This document shows, in pieces, positions 30,438-42,187 of a stretch of DNA of 64,000 bases. The first letter of the stretch is position 1; every line of letters starts with the position of its first letter. The DNA is from Sphingomonadaceae bacterium (GTDB taxonomy: Bacteria; Chloroflexota; UBA6077). Where the stretch lies: positions 1 to 64,000 of the forward strand of contig JBLNDL010000093.1 in the NCBI GenBank assembly GCA_050261575.1, written 5' to 3'. The translations under genes and the position numbers were made by a program. The notes under the pieces are model-generated. The model searched no databases. It worked only from the letters and a program-made list of their open reading frames with translations, and was not told the DNA's origin.

Positions 30438-30695
30438 CAGTATCGTTGGGGTCTCTCAGCCATGCTGGTGACGCGGCTCTCATCCCGCCCGACGGGCGAT
30501 CCTCACAGAGGGAAGGCGATACGGAACGCCTCGTCTCCCAGGGTGAGAGGGTAGGTGTATCGCTGTGGGTGCGCATCTTGCTTCTGCCAGCCGATTCCTG
30601 GGGCTGGAGACCCTCGCCGCAGGATCTCGAGCGCCGGTGAACCCCTTGATCCGAGCCAAGGGGCCGGAGGATGGTGGAAGCGTCGAGTGGGCGCT

Positions 30696-30769
30696 CTAAC
30701 CAGGTATCTCTAGGTAGAGCACACGTTTCCCGCTAGAGGAGTTGACATGGATTTGAGATACCTGCTCAG
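30696..30769 (+). mobile_element. 74-bp MITE-like element, copy 3
   Basis: CTAACCAGGTATCTC...GAGCACACGTTTCCCG...GAGTTGACATG...GAGATACCTGCTCAG. Confidence 0.8.
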
Positions 30770-30813
30770 CGAAGACGCAGCGCCCCGAGAAAGGTCTGGC
30801 GATCGGTACAGCG

Positions 30814-31950
30814 ATGGATAGGACCCTGGAATCCTCTATCGCCGCGTGCAGGCTGTTCGGCATTCGCATCGGGTTGAGCCCAAGTTGGTTCGTGATCTTC
30901 GCTCTTGTCACCTGGAGTCTGGGCGCCGCTTACTTTCCGGCGCAGCACCCCACGTGGCACGCTTCGATCCACTGGACGATGGCCGCTGCCGGGAGCCTCC
31001 TCTTCTTCGGTTCCGTCCTGGCGCACGAGTTGGCCCACTCGATCGTGGCTTTGCGCTGCGGGATCCCGGTGGTCCGGATTACCCTGTTCATCTTCGGTGG
31101 GCTGGCCCAGATCGGCCGCGAGGCCTGCACGCCTCGGATAGAGGCGGCCATCGCCGCCGCGGGACCCGCAGCGAGTCTGGCGATCGCCTTCCTGTTCGGT
31201 TTGGCCCATTTGCTTCTCGGAGCGGCGAGCCCCCCGGCCGCCAGCCTCTCCCTCTGGCTCGCGACGGTCAACGGCAGCCTGGCCATCTTCAACCTGATCC
31301 CCGGATTTCCCCTCGATGGCGGGCGGTTGCTGCGCGCGGGGGTCTGGTCCATCACGGGAGACCGCGCCGCGGCCACGAGACTCGCCTCTTGGGTGGGCCA
31401 GGCCGTCGGCCTCCTGCTGGTCCTCTACGGCGTCTACGCAACCTTCGGGCTTGGCGGTAGCCTGATGGCCGGCATCTGGCCCATATTGGTGGGGTGGTTT
31501 CTGCATGGGGCGGCGCTGGGCAGCTACAGGGCAGTGAGGATTGCCGAGGAGTTGAGGGGGATCGCCGCCGGGGACGTGATGGCCCGGGACGTCGTTCCGG
31601 TGCCGATCAACGCCTCCGTGGCGGAGTTCGTGAATGGCTACCTGACCCGGCGCCGGCACGCTCGTTTCCCGGTGGTGGACGGCATCGAGTTGGTGGGCAC
31701 GGTCGGACTGCCGGAGGTGCGTCGGGTGAAGGCCGAGCAGCGAACCTCCACCTGGGTTTGCCAGGTGATGCGCCCGGTGGCGCAGCATCCGCCGCTCGAT
31801 CCCAGGCTATCGGGGGACGTGGCGCTCCAGCGGCTGAGCGAGGTCGATGCCGAGGAGCTTCCAGTCGTCGAGGATGGCAGGATCGTCGGGATGGTGAGCC
31901 GCTCCGACCTGCTGAATCTGGTGCAGGTGCGGGGCCTACTCAGACGGTAG
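30814..31950 (+). CDS. Site-2 (M50) membrane metalloprotease with CBS pair
   Basis: HELAH, AGP, FNLIPGFPLDGG, two CBS domains. Confidence 0.93.
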   Translation: MDRTLESSIAACRLFGIRIGLSPSWFVIFALVTWSLGAAYFPAQHPTWHASIHWTMAAAGSLLFFGSVLAHELAHSIVALRCGIPVVRITLFIFGGLAQIGREACTPRIEAAIAAAGPAASLAIAFLFGLAHLLLGAASPPAASLSLWLATVNGSLAIFNLIPGFPLDGGRLLRAGVWSITGDRAAATRLASWVGQAVGLLLVLYGVYATFGLGGSLMAGIWPILVGWFLHGAALGSYRAVRIAEELRGIAAGDVMARDVVPVPINASVAEFVNGYLTRRRHARFPVVDGIELVGTVGLPEVRRVKAEQRTSTWVCQVMRPVAQHPPLDPRLSGDVALQRLSEVDAEELPVVEDGRIVGMVSRSDLLNLVQVRGLLRR

Positions 31951-32064
31951 GGTGTACGAGGACCTTCTGGTACCCTTGCTGGCGAGTGAACCCTGCCGAA
32001 CGAGAAGGCCCCGCGCCGCCTTGCGAAGAGGTGAGCGCAGGAGTGGAGCACGATGATGCTGACC

Positions 32065-33102
32065 TTAACTGAAGAGCCGGTACTCCTCCGCCGCCTCGGC
32101 TATGGCTGCCAGGTTTCTGTTGGGGGTCACCAGGGGCACGGCGCACTCGGGGCCCACGATCCGAACGCCGGCCTCCAGCAGCCTGCGCGTTTCGGCTTTT
32201 ACTCGCTCGGGGTCTCCGTGGAGCAACGTCTCCGGGTTGTTCACGTTGCCCACTAGCGAGATGCGCCCGTCGGCGATCCGCAATGCGGTCGCGGCGTCCA
32301 CCTTGGAGTCGAAGTGGAAGGCGTCGAAGCCGGCTTGGGCTATGTAGTCCAGACGGTTGGTGGTGTTCCCGCAGATGTGGAGGATGGTGGGGCAGCCCAG
32401 CCTGGCGTTGATCTCCTGGTGGACGGGCAGCAGGAAGTCCCGGTAGCAGCCGGGGCTCACCAGGTCGCCCGTGGCGTGGTCTGCCAGCACCAGGACGTCG
32501 GCGCCGGCGCGCATCTGGGCCTTGCCGAAGAGGACGGTCACCTCCTTCAGCACGTCCAGGAAGCGCCTGACACGATCGGGATTGTCGATGGTGTCGAGAA
32601 GGAACTGCTGGATGCCGTTCAGGTGGTACGAGAGGGTCCAGGGCCCCATCACCTTGCCAACGATGGCCACTCGGTCACCGTAGTGCTGCCGAAGGATGGT
32701 GAGCGCTTGCAGGACGGCTCGAATGGACGGGCGGTCCAGGAAGTCCGAAGGGATGGCGATCTCCTCCGGCTCGGCGCAGGGGCTGGTGGAGTTGACTGGC
32801 ATGTTCTCTGGATCGCCCCAATCCACCTCGCACCCCAGGGCGGCGGCCTCCTGCTGGACGCTGAAGACTGGGGCGATGGTGTCGTAGCCCAGTAGATCGT
32901 GGCCGGCTGCGGCCAGGATCGCCATTTTCTCCCCGTCGAGATGCGCCTCGGGGAAGCGGACGCCGGTTCTCTCCATCAACTCGACAGTGGCGATGGAGGT
33001 GGGATTCGCCACGGATGCCCGGTCTAGGCGGCCGCCGAAGAGGGCGGAGAGGAAGCGTCGTTTGGGTGACATCGCCACGGGGGATCGCTTCGAGGAGCCC
33101 AT
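32065..33102 (-). CDS. MtaA/CmuA-family methyltransferase (URO-D superfamily)
   Basis: EAAALGCEVDWG, GKVMGPWTL, ILHICG, GPECAVP. Confidence 0.85.
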   Translation of the reverse strand: MGSSKRSPVAMSPKRRFLSALFGGRLDRASVANPTSIATVELMERTGVRFPEAHLDGEKMAILAAAGHDLLGYDTIAPVFSVQQEAAALGCEVDWGDPENMPVNSTSPCAEPEEIAIPSDFLDRPSIRAVLQALTILRQHYGDRVAIVGKVMGPWTLSYHLNGIQQFLLDTIDNPDRVRRFLDVLKEVTVLFGKAQMRAGADVLVLADHATGDLVSPGCYRDFLLPVHQEINARLGCPTILHICGNTTNRLDYIAQAGFDAFHFDSKVDAATALRIADGRISLVGNVNNPETLLHGDPERVKAETRRLLEAGVRIVGPECAVPLVTPNRNLAAIAEAAEEYRLFS

Positions 33103-33146
33103 TGGCCGTTCCTCCAGTCCAACAGGGTCGGTTCCACGAACAGAGA

Positions 33147-33180
33147 ACGAGGGAGAGAAGCTGCCCTCTCCCTCGGGTTT
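33147..33180. terminator. Hairpin downstream of the SWIM gene
   Basis: CGAGGGAGAG-AAGCTGCC-CTCTCCCTCG. Confidence 0.5.
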
Positions 33181-33201
33181 AGCGATCGGCTGCCTTGGGG
33201 G

Positions 33202-33480
33202 CTACGCCCGGGCCATGGCCTCGGCGGGTCGATCAGTCGACTGGGACTCCTGGCGGGGCAGCATTACCCCGAGGAGCTTCTGAATGGTCATGGTGTGGCT
33301 GCAGACGCCCCAACTGGCAAAGAAGTTGCAGCTACACTTCCAGACGCCCTGGTCGAAGGAGATGATGTAGGAGTCGTGCTCACCCCTGAAGGTGGCGGAG
33401 AACTGCTTGAAGCTGACTCGGTCCGGTTCTTGGGCGTAGAGGTTGGCTTTCTGGATCTTGCCTATCAGGCTGGAGTGCAT
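33202..33480 (-). CDS. Small SWIM zinc-finger protein
   Basis: MHSSLIGKIQKA...WKCSCNFF...VCSH (CxC...CxH); GGAGG RBS. Confidence 0.85.
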   Translation of the reverse strand: MHSSLIGKIQKANLYAQEPDRVSFKQFSATFRGEHDSYIISFDQGVWKCSCNFFASWGVCSHTMTIQKLLGVMLPRQESQSTDRPAEAMARA

Positions 33481-33543
33481 CTCGACCGGTTCCTCCCCTT
33501 CAGTATGCTCTCGGTCTCTCGCAGTCAAGGTGGGTATAAAGCA

Positions 33544-33575
33544 GAACACCAGTGTGCATGTGCACACTGGTGTTC
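33544..33575 (-). terminator. Perfect hairpin in the leader of the SWIM gene
   Basis: GAACACCAGTGTGCA-CA-TGCACACTGGTGTTC followed by TGCTTTAT on the minus strand. Confidence 0.6.
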
Positions 33576-33665
33576 ACTGGTTGGCTGCAGTTGCGAATGG
33601 CGTCTTCGGTGGCCTCTGCATTCGCTGCCCCGTGATTGAAATCACACCTGCTGACTCCCAGCCAT

Positions 33666-33694
33666 AGTATACGATCGCACCCTTCCTGTGTCAA
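33666..33694 (-). promoter_or_regulatory. Near-consensus sigma70 promoter
   Basis: TTGACA-17 nt-TATACT. Confidence 0.8.
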
Positions 33695-33709
33695 TGTAAA
33701 TCGGCTGGG

Positions 33710-34774
33710 TCAGATGGCCGCCAACTCGCCCTTCAGGAAGTCGATGGTCTTCACCGGTGTGGGGTCGCTACCGTACAGTAGTGCCAGGTAGTAGCTGGCG
33801 TAGTCGCCCATCAGGATCGAGTCCACCATCTGAGCCATCGGGCCGCTGCCCCTCGCCTCCACTACCTCGTGGGCTACGCCCCGTTGCTGGAGGATCTGGG
33901 CGGTGATCCGCACCCTGGCTGCCACCCTCGGGTGGTAGCTGGGAGAGGAGAGCAGGACCACGTACACCCGTCCCGCGAGGTCGCCGGGGTTCTCGTAGCC
34001 GACCACGGCGTTGTGGTTCGCCTCCGGTAGCTGCTCGAAGAATGCCCACGCCTTGGAGTTCTCGTTGAACTGGCCCTTCCAGCGCCTGGCCACCTCGGAG
34101 AGGATGCCCGCGCCGTAGATGACGGGGAGCTTGCCGTGCAGCCGGAGGGCAAGCTGCTTGGCGGGGTTGGATCCGGTGGGGACGCCGGGCCCCAGGGCTG
34201 AGGGCAGGCTGCGGGCGGTCGAAATCGCCTCCTCCAGGCCCAACCCGGTGTCGTCCAGGTATCCCAGCTTGGCCAGGATGCCCAGCAGCAGGCCGAAGGA
34301 GAAGCCGAGCGCCGCTCGTGGTTGGGCCGCGTACTGGAAGCGCAGCATCGCCAGGCCACGCTGCCCGGCCAACTGGCCGAGCTTGCCACCGGTGGTAACG
34401 GCCAGCACACGCGCGCCCCGATCCAGCGCCTGCCGGACGGCGGAAAGGGTCTCCTCGGTGTTGCCCGAGTAGCTGGAGGCGACTGCCAGGGTGTCGGGTC
34501 CCACCCACGCCGGCACCTGGTAGTCGCGGGACACCAGGATGGGGGCCGTGGCTCGATCCTCGGCAACGGTGCGGACCAGGTCGCCGCCGATGGCGGAGCC
34601 GCCCATGCCGAGCACCAGGATGGTCTTGGCCTGCGTGTACTCCGGACCGGGATGGGGAAAGGCGGAAACCAGCCCTCTTGCTTCCTCCAACTGCCGGCCC
34701 ATCTCGGCGATGCGATCCCTCATCCCCTCGGGGTCCACCTGCCGGTAGACGTTCGGGTCATCGAGATTCATCAT
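33710..34774 (-). CDS. Bifunctional phosphoglucose/phosphomannose isomerase
   Basis: GMGGSAIGG, SYSGNTEET, RWKGQFNENSK, PEANHN. Confidence 0.92.
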   Translation of the reverse strand: MMNLDDPNVYRQVDPEGMRDRIAEMGRQLEEARGLVSAFPHPGPEYTQAKTILVLGMGGSAIGGDLVRTVAEDRATAPILVSRDYQVPAWVGPDTLAVASSYSGNTEETLSAVRQALDRGARVLAVTTGGKLGQLAGQRGLAMLRFQYAAQPRAALGFSFGLLLGILAKLGYLDDTGLGLEEAISTARSLPSALGPGVPTGSNPAKQLALRLHGKLPVIYGAGILSEVARRWKGQFNENSKAWAFFEQLPEANHNAVVGYENPGDLAGRVYVVLLSSPSYHPRVAARVRITAQILQQRGVAHEVVEARGSGPMAQMVDSILMGDYASYYLALLYGSDPTPVKTIDFLKGELAAI

Positions 34775-34843
34775 CTATGTCTCCATGCCAGTGATGAGTG
34801 GAGAGTCCTACTTTCCACTCATCACTCGTTGCTCATCACTTGG

Positions 34844-36271
34844 TTAGCGTACTCCCGCGATGGTCTCGCCCATGTCCAGCATGCGGTCGACTCTGGCGGG
34901 ATCGGTGGTCTCGGTGTAGATCCGCATGACCGGCTCGGTGCCGGAGAACCGGATCAACAGCCAGCTTCCGTCCTCGAGGATGAACTTGTTGCCGTCGGTG
35001 GTGTTGATGTCCACCACCCGCATCATGTCCATCTCGTCGGGCCGGTAGTCACTCACCCGCCGGATGATCTCTACCTTCCGCCGCGGATCGAAGTGGAAGT
35101 CCCGCCGGTCGTAGTAGTGCGGGCCCACCTTGTCGTAGAGGTACCGGATCACCTCTGAGAGGGGCCGCCCCAGCTTTATCCTCAGGTCCAGCAGGAAGAG
35201 GCCCGCCAGGAAGGCGTCGCGCTCCGGGATATGCCCCTTGAAGGCGAAACCTCCGCTCTCCTCGCCGCCGATGATCGCCCCCGTCTCCAGCATCTTCGGT
35301 GCCACGTACTTGAAGCCCACGCCGGTCTCGTACACGGGCACCCCGTACAGCTTGCCCAGCTTGTCGGCCATGCCCGTCGATGTCACCGTTCGTACGGCGG
35401 GACCGCGCATCCCCCGGACCTCCAGGAGGTAGAGGAACAGCAAGGCGTACATCTGGAGCTGGTTGATGAAGTGTCCGTTCTCGTCCACGGCGCCGATCCG
35501 GTCGGCGTCGCCGTCGGTGGCCAGCCCTACGTCGGCCCGGTGGGCTCGGACGGCCTCCATGGTCTCTGCCACGTTGGGTGGGATGGGTTCCGGATTGATG
35601 CCTGGGAAGACCGGGTTACGATGGGAGCGGATGTTGTGAACCCGGGTGGTCCCGCCCCGAAGCAGGGCGTCGAAGTAGCCCGCCCCGACGCCGTACATGG
35701 CGTCGGCGACGACGTTCAGACCGGCGTTCCGGATCGCGTTCAGGTCTACCAGCCTGCCGATCTGCTCGAAGTAGGCAGGCTTGGGGTCGAAGTAGTCCAC
35801 CACCCCGGCCTTGGTCAGATCCTGCAGTGAGTGCCGCTGCACCTGGCCCGAGGCCTGGATCAGCCTGACCTGTGCCTCGATCTTCTGGATGATCTCCGGC
35901 GAGGCGGCGCCCGCGTACTCGGGGCGAACCTTGATGCCGTTCCAGATGCCGGGGTTGTGGCTCGCAGTGACCATCACGGCGCCGCCGGCCTTTTGTGCCA
36001 GGATGGAGTAGGACACGGCGGGGGTTGGCGCCGCCTCCTGGCAGAGCCAGACCTTGATGTCGTTGCCCCCGAGCACCTCGGCGACGGCGGCGGCGAAGCC
36101 TTCTGAGGCGAAGCGGAAGTCGTAGCCCACCACCAGCCCCTTCTCGGCCTTGCCGCTCTCTTTCAGATAGTTGGCTATGCCCTGGGCAACGATCCGCACG
36201 TTGTCGTAGGTGAAGTCGTCGGCGATGACGCCGCGCCATCCGTCCGTGCCGAACTTGATCTCTGTTGCCAC
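34844..36271 (-). CDS. Phosphoglucomutase/phosphomannomutase
   Basis: FGTDGWRG, TASHNP, DGDADR, GEESGG, RFSGTEP. Confidence 0.94.
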   Translation of the reverse strand: MATEIKFGTDGWRGVIADDFTYDNVRIVAQGIANYLKESGKAEKGLVVGYDFRFASEGFAAAVAEVLGGNDIKVWLCQEAAPTPAVSYSILAQKAGGAVMVTASHNPGIWNGIKVRPEYAGAASPEIIQKIEAQVRLIQASGQVQRHSLQDLTKAGVVDYFDPKPAYFEQIGRLVDLNAIRNAGLNVVADAMYGVGAGYFDALLRGGTTRVHNIRSHRNPVFPGINPEPIPPNVAETMEAVRAHRADVGLATDGDADRIGAVDENGHFINQLQMYALLFLYLLEVRGMRGPAVRTVTSTGMADKLGKLYGVPVYETGVGFKYVAPKMLETGAIIGGEESGGFAFKGHIPERDAFLAGLFLLDLRIKLGRPLSEVIRYLYDKVGPHYYDRRDFHFDPRRKVEIIRRVSDYRPDEMDMMRVVDINTTDGNKFILEDGSWLLIRFSGTEPVMRIYTETTDPARVDRMLDMGETIAGVR

Positions 36272-36468
36272 GTGGCCCTCCTCAGCGATAGGTGGGACGC
36301 GCGGAGGCGGCTCTGTCTCCGATCATCCCTCGTCCAGCCGCGGCCATCCGCAGCTCGAATAGTCTTCTTGCATAGAGTTTAGCGAGTCCGCGGGGCGATA
36401 GGCAAACCAGGGGGGGTGAGGGTGGATGAAGTGCGGGCGAAGCATTCGGCGCGGCGAACGCTTCGCTC

Positions 36469-37449
36469 CTACTTCTTCAACGTCTCCCGCCAGTAGCCCA
36501 GGACGTCCGCGAGGGTCTGCTCGAGGGGTATCTCAGCCCTCCATCCTGTCAGCGCCCGAAACTTGCTGCAGTCCGCCACCACACGGGGGATGTCGGCGGG
36601 GCGAAGCCTCGCGGGATCCTGCTCGATCCGCATCTGGACCCGACTCCGGGCCAGGAGGAGATCCAGCAGGTGGCGGATCGAGACCGCCCGCTCGCTGCCC
36701 AGGTTGTAGACGTCGCCCGGCACCCCGTGGACTGCCGCCAGATGGTAGCCCCTGACGATGTCGCGGACGTCCGAGTAGTCGCGCTCGGCCTCCAGGTTGC
36801 CCACCTTCAGAACGGGCGGCCTGAGCCCCATCTCGGCTTCCGCGATCTGTCGGGCGAAGCTGGAGGCCACGAATCGATCGCTCTGGCCGGGGCCGATGTG
36901 GTTGAAGGGCCGAATGCGGACGATGGGAAGACCGTAGGCCACGTAGTACTGGTAGCCCAGCATGTCCTGGGCAACCTTGCTGACGGCGTAGGGGTTCGCC
37001 GGCCGGAAGGGAGCCGTCTCCTTGAGGGGCAGGTCCCCTGGCTCCACCATCCCGTACTCCTCGTTGGAGCAGATCACCACCACGGTGGGCTTCTCTTCCC
37101 AGGTGAGGACAGACTGGAGTAGGTTCACCTGCCCGACGATGTTGTTCACCAGGGTTCCGGTGGGGTCGGCGAAGGCGGTGGGGACGAATGCCTGGGCGGC
37201 GAGGTGGAAGACCCAGTTGGGCCTGACCTGCTCCAGGATCTCTCTGACTCGTCCGGCATCGGTCAGATTGCCCGAGTGCACCTCCAGCCGGGGACCCAGC
37301 TCCCGCTGTAGGTCGTCCGTCGTCTCACCGGGCAGGGCGATGCCGTGGATGCCGGTGATCGGAGAGACGGCGGCCAGATACCTGGCCAGGTGCTTGCCCA
37401 CGAAGCCCGCCACCCCGGTGATGAGGACTCTAGATGGCTGTTGTGTCAC
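36469..37449 (-). CDS. GDP-sugar reductase/dehydratase (Rmd/Gmd-like SDR)
   Basis: GVAGFVG, HLAAQAFV, YAVSK, RPFNHIGPGQ, RDYSDVRD. Confidence 0.88.
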   Translation of the reverse strand: MTQQPSRVLITGVAGFVGKHLARYLAAVSPITGIHGIALPGETTDDLQRELGPRLEVHSGNLTDAGRVREILEQVRPNWVFHLAAQAFVPTAFADPTGTLVNNIVGQVNLLQSVLTWEEKPTVVVICSNEEYGMVEPGDLPLKETAPFRPANPYAVSKVAQDMLGYQYYVAYGLPIVRIRPFNHIGPGQSDRFVASSFARQIAEAEMGLRPPVLKVGNLEAERDYSDVRDIVRGYHLAAVHGVPGDVYNLGSERAVSIRHLLDLLLARSRVQMRIEQDPARLRPADIPRVVADCSKFRALTGWRAEIPLEQTLADVLGYWRETLKK

Positions 37450-37584
37450 GCTGCTCTAATCCTGCCTGCGGGTGTTTGTCTCGATCGCTGCTGATGCCGC
37501 TGGCGCGCCCGGCGCTGACAGCGGTGCGCGAGCACCGCAGTCGAAAGGGGCGGGCTCCAGGACCCGCCCCTACGATACCACAGA

Positions 37585-38865
37585 TCAGGCTTCGCTTCCT
37601 GCCAGGGTCCTGCCCGCGCCGGACTTGCCGTTGCCGGCGACGCCCAAGTCTGGCTCCAGCCCCGCCTCCGCTCGGAGGACGGCGGCCTTGTCGGTGTTCT
37701 CCCAGGGGGCGTCGATGTCGTTGCGCCCGAAGTGGCCGTAGGCTGCCGTGGCCTTGTAGATGGGGCGCCGCAGTTGCAGGTGGTGGATGATGGCGGCCGG
37801 CCTCATGTCGAAGTGCTTCTTGATCAACTCCAGGATCTTCGCCGGTGCCACTTTCTCGGTGCCGAAGGTCTCGATCATGATGGAGAGGGGCCGTGCCACG
37901 CCGATGGCGTAGGAGATCTGGATTTCGAACCTATCCGCCAGGCCGGCGGCCACCACGTTCTTGGCCACGTAGCGAGCCATGTACGCTCCGGAGCGATCCA
38001 CCTTCGTGGGATCTTTGCCCGAGAAGGCGCCACCGCCGTGGCGCGCGACCCCCCCGTAGGTGTCCACTATGATCTTCCGCCCGGTCAGGCCTGCGTCGCC
38101 CATGGGGCCGCCGATGACGAAGCGTCCAGTGGAGTTGATGTAGATCTTGGTCTTGTCATCCATCAACTCGGCCGGGATGACCGCCTCGATCACCTGCTCC
38201 AGTATGTCGGACTGGATCTTCTCCAGATCGGTGACCGGATCGTGCTGGGCGGCGATCACCACGGTGTCGACTCGCTTCGGCTTGCCGAAGGAGTACTCCA
38301 CCGTCACCTGGCTCTTGCCGTCCGGCCGCAGGTAGGGAAGGATCTTCTCCTTGCGCACGTAGGCCAGGCGCCGGCATAGCCGGTGCGCGAGGGAGATGGA
38401 CAGGGGCATCAACTCCTCTGTCTCGTTGCAGGCGAAGCCGATCATCATCCCCTGGTCGCCGGCACCGATGGCTTCCACCGCCTTGTCCCACGCCTCGCCG
38501 GAGCGCACCTCCAGGGCCTTGTTCACCCCCTGGGCGATGTCCGGGGACTGCCCCTTGATGGAGACGATGACACCGCAGGTCTCGGCGTCGAAGCCGTACT
38601 TGGCGCGCGTATAGCCGATGTCCCTGATGGTGTTGCGGACGATCTCGGGGATGTCCACATAGCAGTCGGTGGTGATCTCACCGGCCACCAGCACCAGGCC
38701 GGTGGTGGTGGCGGTCTCGCAGGCCACCCTAGCGTCCGGATCCTGCTCGATGATGGCATCCAGCACCGCGTCGGAGATCTGGTCACACAGCTTGTCGGGG
38801 TGCCCTTCGGTGACCGATTCCGAGGTGAAGAAGGACTGCTCGGCCTTCATGAAGGTGCTGCTCAT
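37585..38865 (-). CDS. metK: S-adenosylmethionine synthetase
   Basis: [34 protein letters not shown]. Confidence 0.98.
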   Translation of the reverse strand: MSSTFMKAEQSFFTSESVTEGHPDKLCDQISDAVLDAIIEQDPDARVACETATTTGLVLVAGEITTDCYVDIPEIVRNTIRDIGYTRAKYGFDAETCGVIVSIKGQSPDIAQGVNKALEVRSGEAWDKAVEAIGAGDQGMMIGFACNETEELMPLSISLAHRLCRRLAYVRKEKILPYLRPDGKSQVTVEYSFGKPKRVDTVVIAAQHDPVTDLEKIQSDILEQVIEAVIPAELMDDKTKIYINSTGRFVIGGPMGDAGLTGRKIIVDTYGGVARHGGGAFSGKDPTKVDRSGAYMARYVAKNVVAAGLADRFEIQISYAIGVARPLSIMIETFGTEKVAPAKILELIKKHFDMRPAAIIHHLQLRRPIYKATAAYGHFGRNDIDAPWENTDKAAVLRAEAGLEPDLGVAGNGKSGAGRTLAGSEA

Positions 38866-38967
38866 GTTTTCTCGCTCCTCTCGAAGACAGCCGTCAACTG
38901 CCAGCAATCAGCGATCGTCCGACGGTTGGTGGCTGATAGCTGATGGCTGGTAGCCGATAGCTGGTTC

Positions 38968-40254
<1,287 letters not shown>

Positions 40255-40395
40255 TTATGAGCTATCAGCGCTCGTTTGTGCTTTCCCCAAGGGAAGCTCT
40301 ACAGTTCCAACGCTGCGACGGTACGGTTGTAACGACCGCGGCCGAAAACGGCCGCGAGGCGACCGGAGGGCCGAAGCCGATACTACGAACGATGG

Positions 40396-41361
40396 TTACG
40401 GCTGTCCGGCCCAGGAGAACTCCAGCCGTTGGCAGTCGTCCGCGTGCTTACAGGTGTGCTCGAAGAAGGTGAGGCGCTGGAACGTTTGGTAGCGTTCCTC
40501 GATCTCCTCCCGGGTGGCGGAGATCAGCCGGTTGACGCTGAAATCCTCCACCGTGAAGGATGCGATCACGCTGCCGTGTACCATCGCCTTGCGGATGCCG
40601 TTGGCGCTGAAGTCGCCGCTGCTGGCCAGGTAGCCCAGGAATCCACCGGCGAAGGAGTCGCCCGCGCCGGTCGGGTCCTTCACGCTCTCCAGGGGATAGG
40701 CCGGAGTGATGAAGATCTCGCCTTCCCTGGACATCATCAGCGCCCCGTACTCGCCCTTCTTGATGATTATCGCCCTGGGGCCAAGGTCGAGGATGGAGCG
40801 AGCGGCCGCCATCAGGTTGTAGCTCTGGGCGTACTGCCGCACCTCGGCCTCGTTGAGAAGGACGATGTCGACCATCCCCATGACCCGAGTCAGCTCCTCC
40901 CGCTTCCGTTCGATCCAAAAGTTCATGGAGTCGAGAACGGTCAGCTTGGGGGACGAGGTCTGAGCCAGGACGTCGCGCTGCAGGATGGGGTCGATGTTTC
41001 CCAGGAACACCAACTCGCTGTTCCGGTAGCCGTCGGGCAGATAGGGATGGAAATCGAGCAGGACGTTCAGTTTGGTGTCCAGTGTGTGAGCGGTGTTGAG
41101 GTCGAAGTCGTAATGGCCCTCCCACCGGAATGTCTTGCCAGGCAGCGTCTGGAGCCCGGCCACGTCGATGTCGTGGCTCTCGAACAGCCTCCGGTACTCC
41201 CCCGGGAAGTCCTCGCCGACGACCGCGACGATCTTGACCTCGGTGTAGTGGCGGGCGGCGAAGGCGAAGTACGAGGCCGTTCCGCCCAGCGCCTCCTCCA
41301 CCTTGCCGAATGGGGTCTCCACCGAATCCAGGGCAACAGTGCCCACTACCATCAGAGTCAT
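40396..41361 (-). CDS. PfkB-family kinase (candidate adenosine/nucleoside kinase)
   Basis: MTLMVVGTVALD, LGGTASY, DPTGAGDSFAGG; start overlaps the mtnP stop. Confidence 0.88.
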   Translation of the reverse strand: MTLMVVGTVALDSVETPFGKVEEALGGTASYFAFAARHYTEVKIVAVVGEDFPGEYRRLFESHDIDVAGLQTLPGKTFRWEGHYDFDLNTAHTLDTKLNVLLDFHPYLPDGYRNSELVFLGNIDPILQRDVLAQTSSPKLTVLDSMNFWIERKREELTRVMGMVDIVLLNEAEVRQYAQSYNLMAAARSILDLGPRAIIIKKGEYGALMMSREGEIFITPAYPLESVKDPTGAGDSFAGGFLGYLASSGDFSANGIRKAMVHGSVIASFTVEDFSVNRLISATREEIEERYQTFQRLTFFEHTCKHADDCQRLEFSWAGQP

Positions 41362-42161
41362 GAAATGACCGCCCCCTGCATCGCGCTGCCACAACCGCAA
41401 TGGCGGTCTGTGGGGATCCGCGGTATGAGCTGGAAGATGAGGTCCCTCACCTTCCGGTTGTTCTCGCCGAACACGCGCATCACCTCTTCCGCGGTGACCG
41501 GCTCGATACCCGAACCCTCCAGCCCCACGTCGTAGTCGGTGACGAGGGATATATTGACATAACAGATCTCCAGTTCTCTTGCGAGCGCCACCTCGGGGTA
41601 CTGGGTCATGTTGATGACCTCCCACCCCATGCCGCTGAACCACTTGCTCTCCGCCCGGGTGCTGAAACGCGGCCCCTGGATGATCACGGCCGTTCCCCGC
41701 GGGTGGGTGGTGATGCCCAACTCGCGCCCGACCTGGATGGCCAGCTCCCGCAGCTCCGGACAGTAGGGGTCGGCGGTGCTGATGTGGACGGAGACCGGGC
41801 CGTCGTAGAAGGTGTCCTTTCGGCCGGAGGTTCGGTCGACGAACTGGTCGCACACCACGAAGTCGCCTGGCTTGATATGGGGCTGGAGGCTGCCCACGGC
41901 GCTGGGCGCGATGATGCGGGTGACGCCCAGCGACTTCATGGCCCACAGGTTGGCGCGGTAGTTGATGGCGTGGGCCGGGTGCTTGTGGCCGTGCCCGTGG
42001 CGGGGCAGGAAGGCTACTCTCCGGCCGGCGATCTCTCCCAGGGCGATCCTGTCGCTAGGGGCACCGAATGGGGTGTGCACCGCCCGCTCCTCGACCTTGT
42101 CCAGCAGCGTATAGAAGCCAGATCCTCCGAAGACTCCGATCTCTGCCACGGGTTGATCCAT
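41358..42161 (-). CDS. mtnP: S-methyl-5'-thioadenosine phosphorylase
   Basis: GVFGGSG, RHG..H..P, GPRFSTRAES, NMT..PE, VTDYD. Confidence 0.94.
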   Translation of the reverse strand: MDQPVAEIGVFGGSGFYTLLDKVEERAVHTPFGAPSDRIALGEIAGRRVAFLPRHGHGHKHPAHAINYRANLWAMKSLGVTRIIAPSAVGSLQPHIKPGDFVVCDQFVDRTSGRKDTFYDGPVSVHISTADPYCPELRELAIQVGRELGITTHPRGTAVIIQGPRFSTRAESKWFSGMGWEVINMTQYPEVALARELEICYVNISLVTDYDVGLEGSGIEPVTAEEVMRVFGENNRKVRDLIFQLIPRIPTDRHCGCGSAMQGAVIS

Positions 42162-42187
42162 CCGTCGTTCCTCCTAGCTATCAGCTA

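Noticed and set aside
40396..41946. 516-aa PfkB ORF, and similarly the 360-aa ORF at 53685-54767
   Set aside because: The N-terminal parts are shadow frames of mtnP and the CoA-transferase; real starts are 41361 and 54281.
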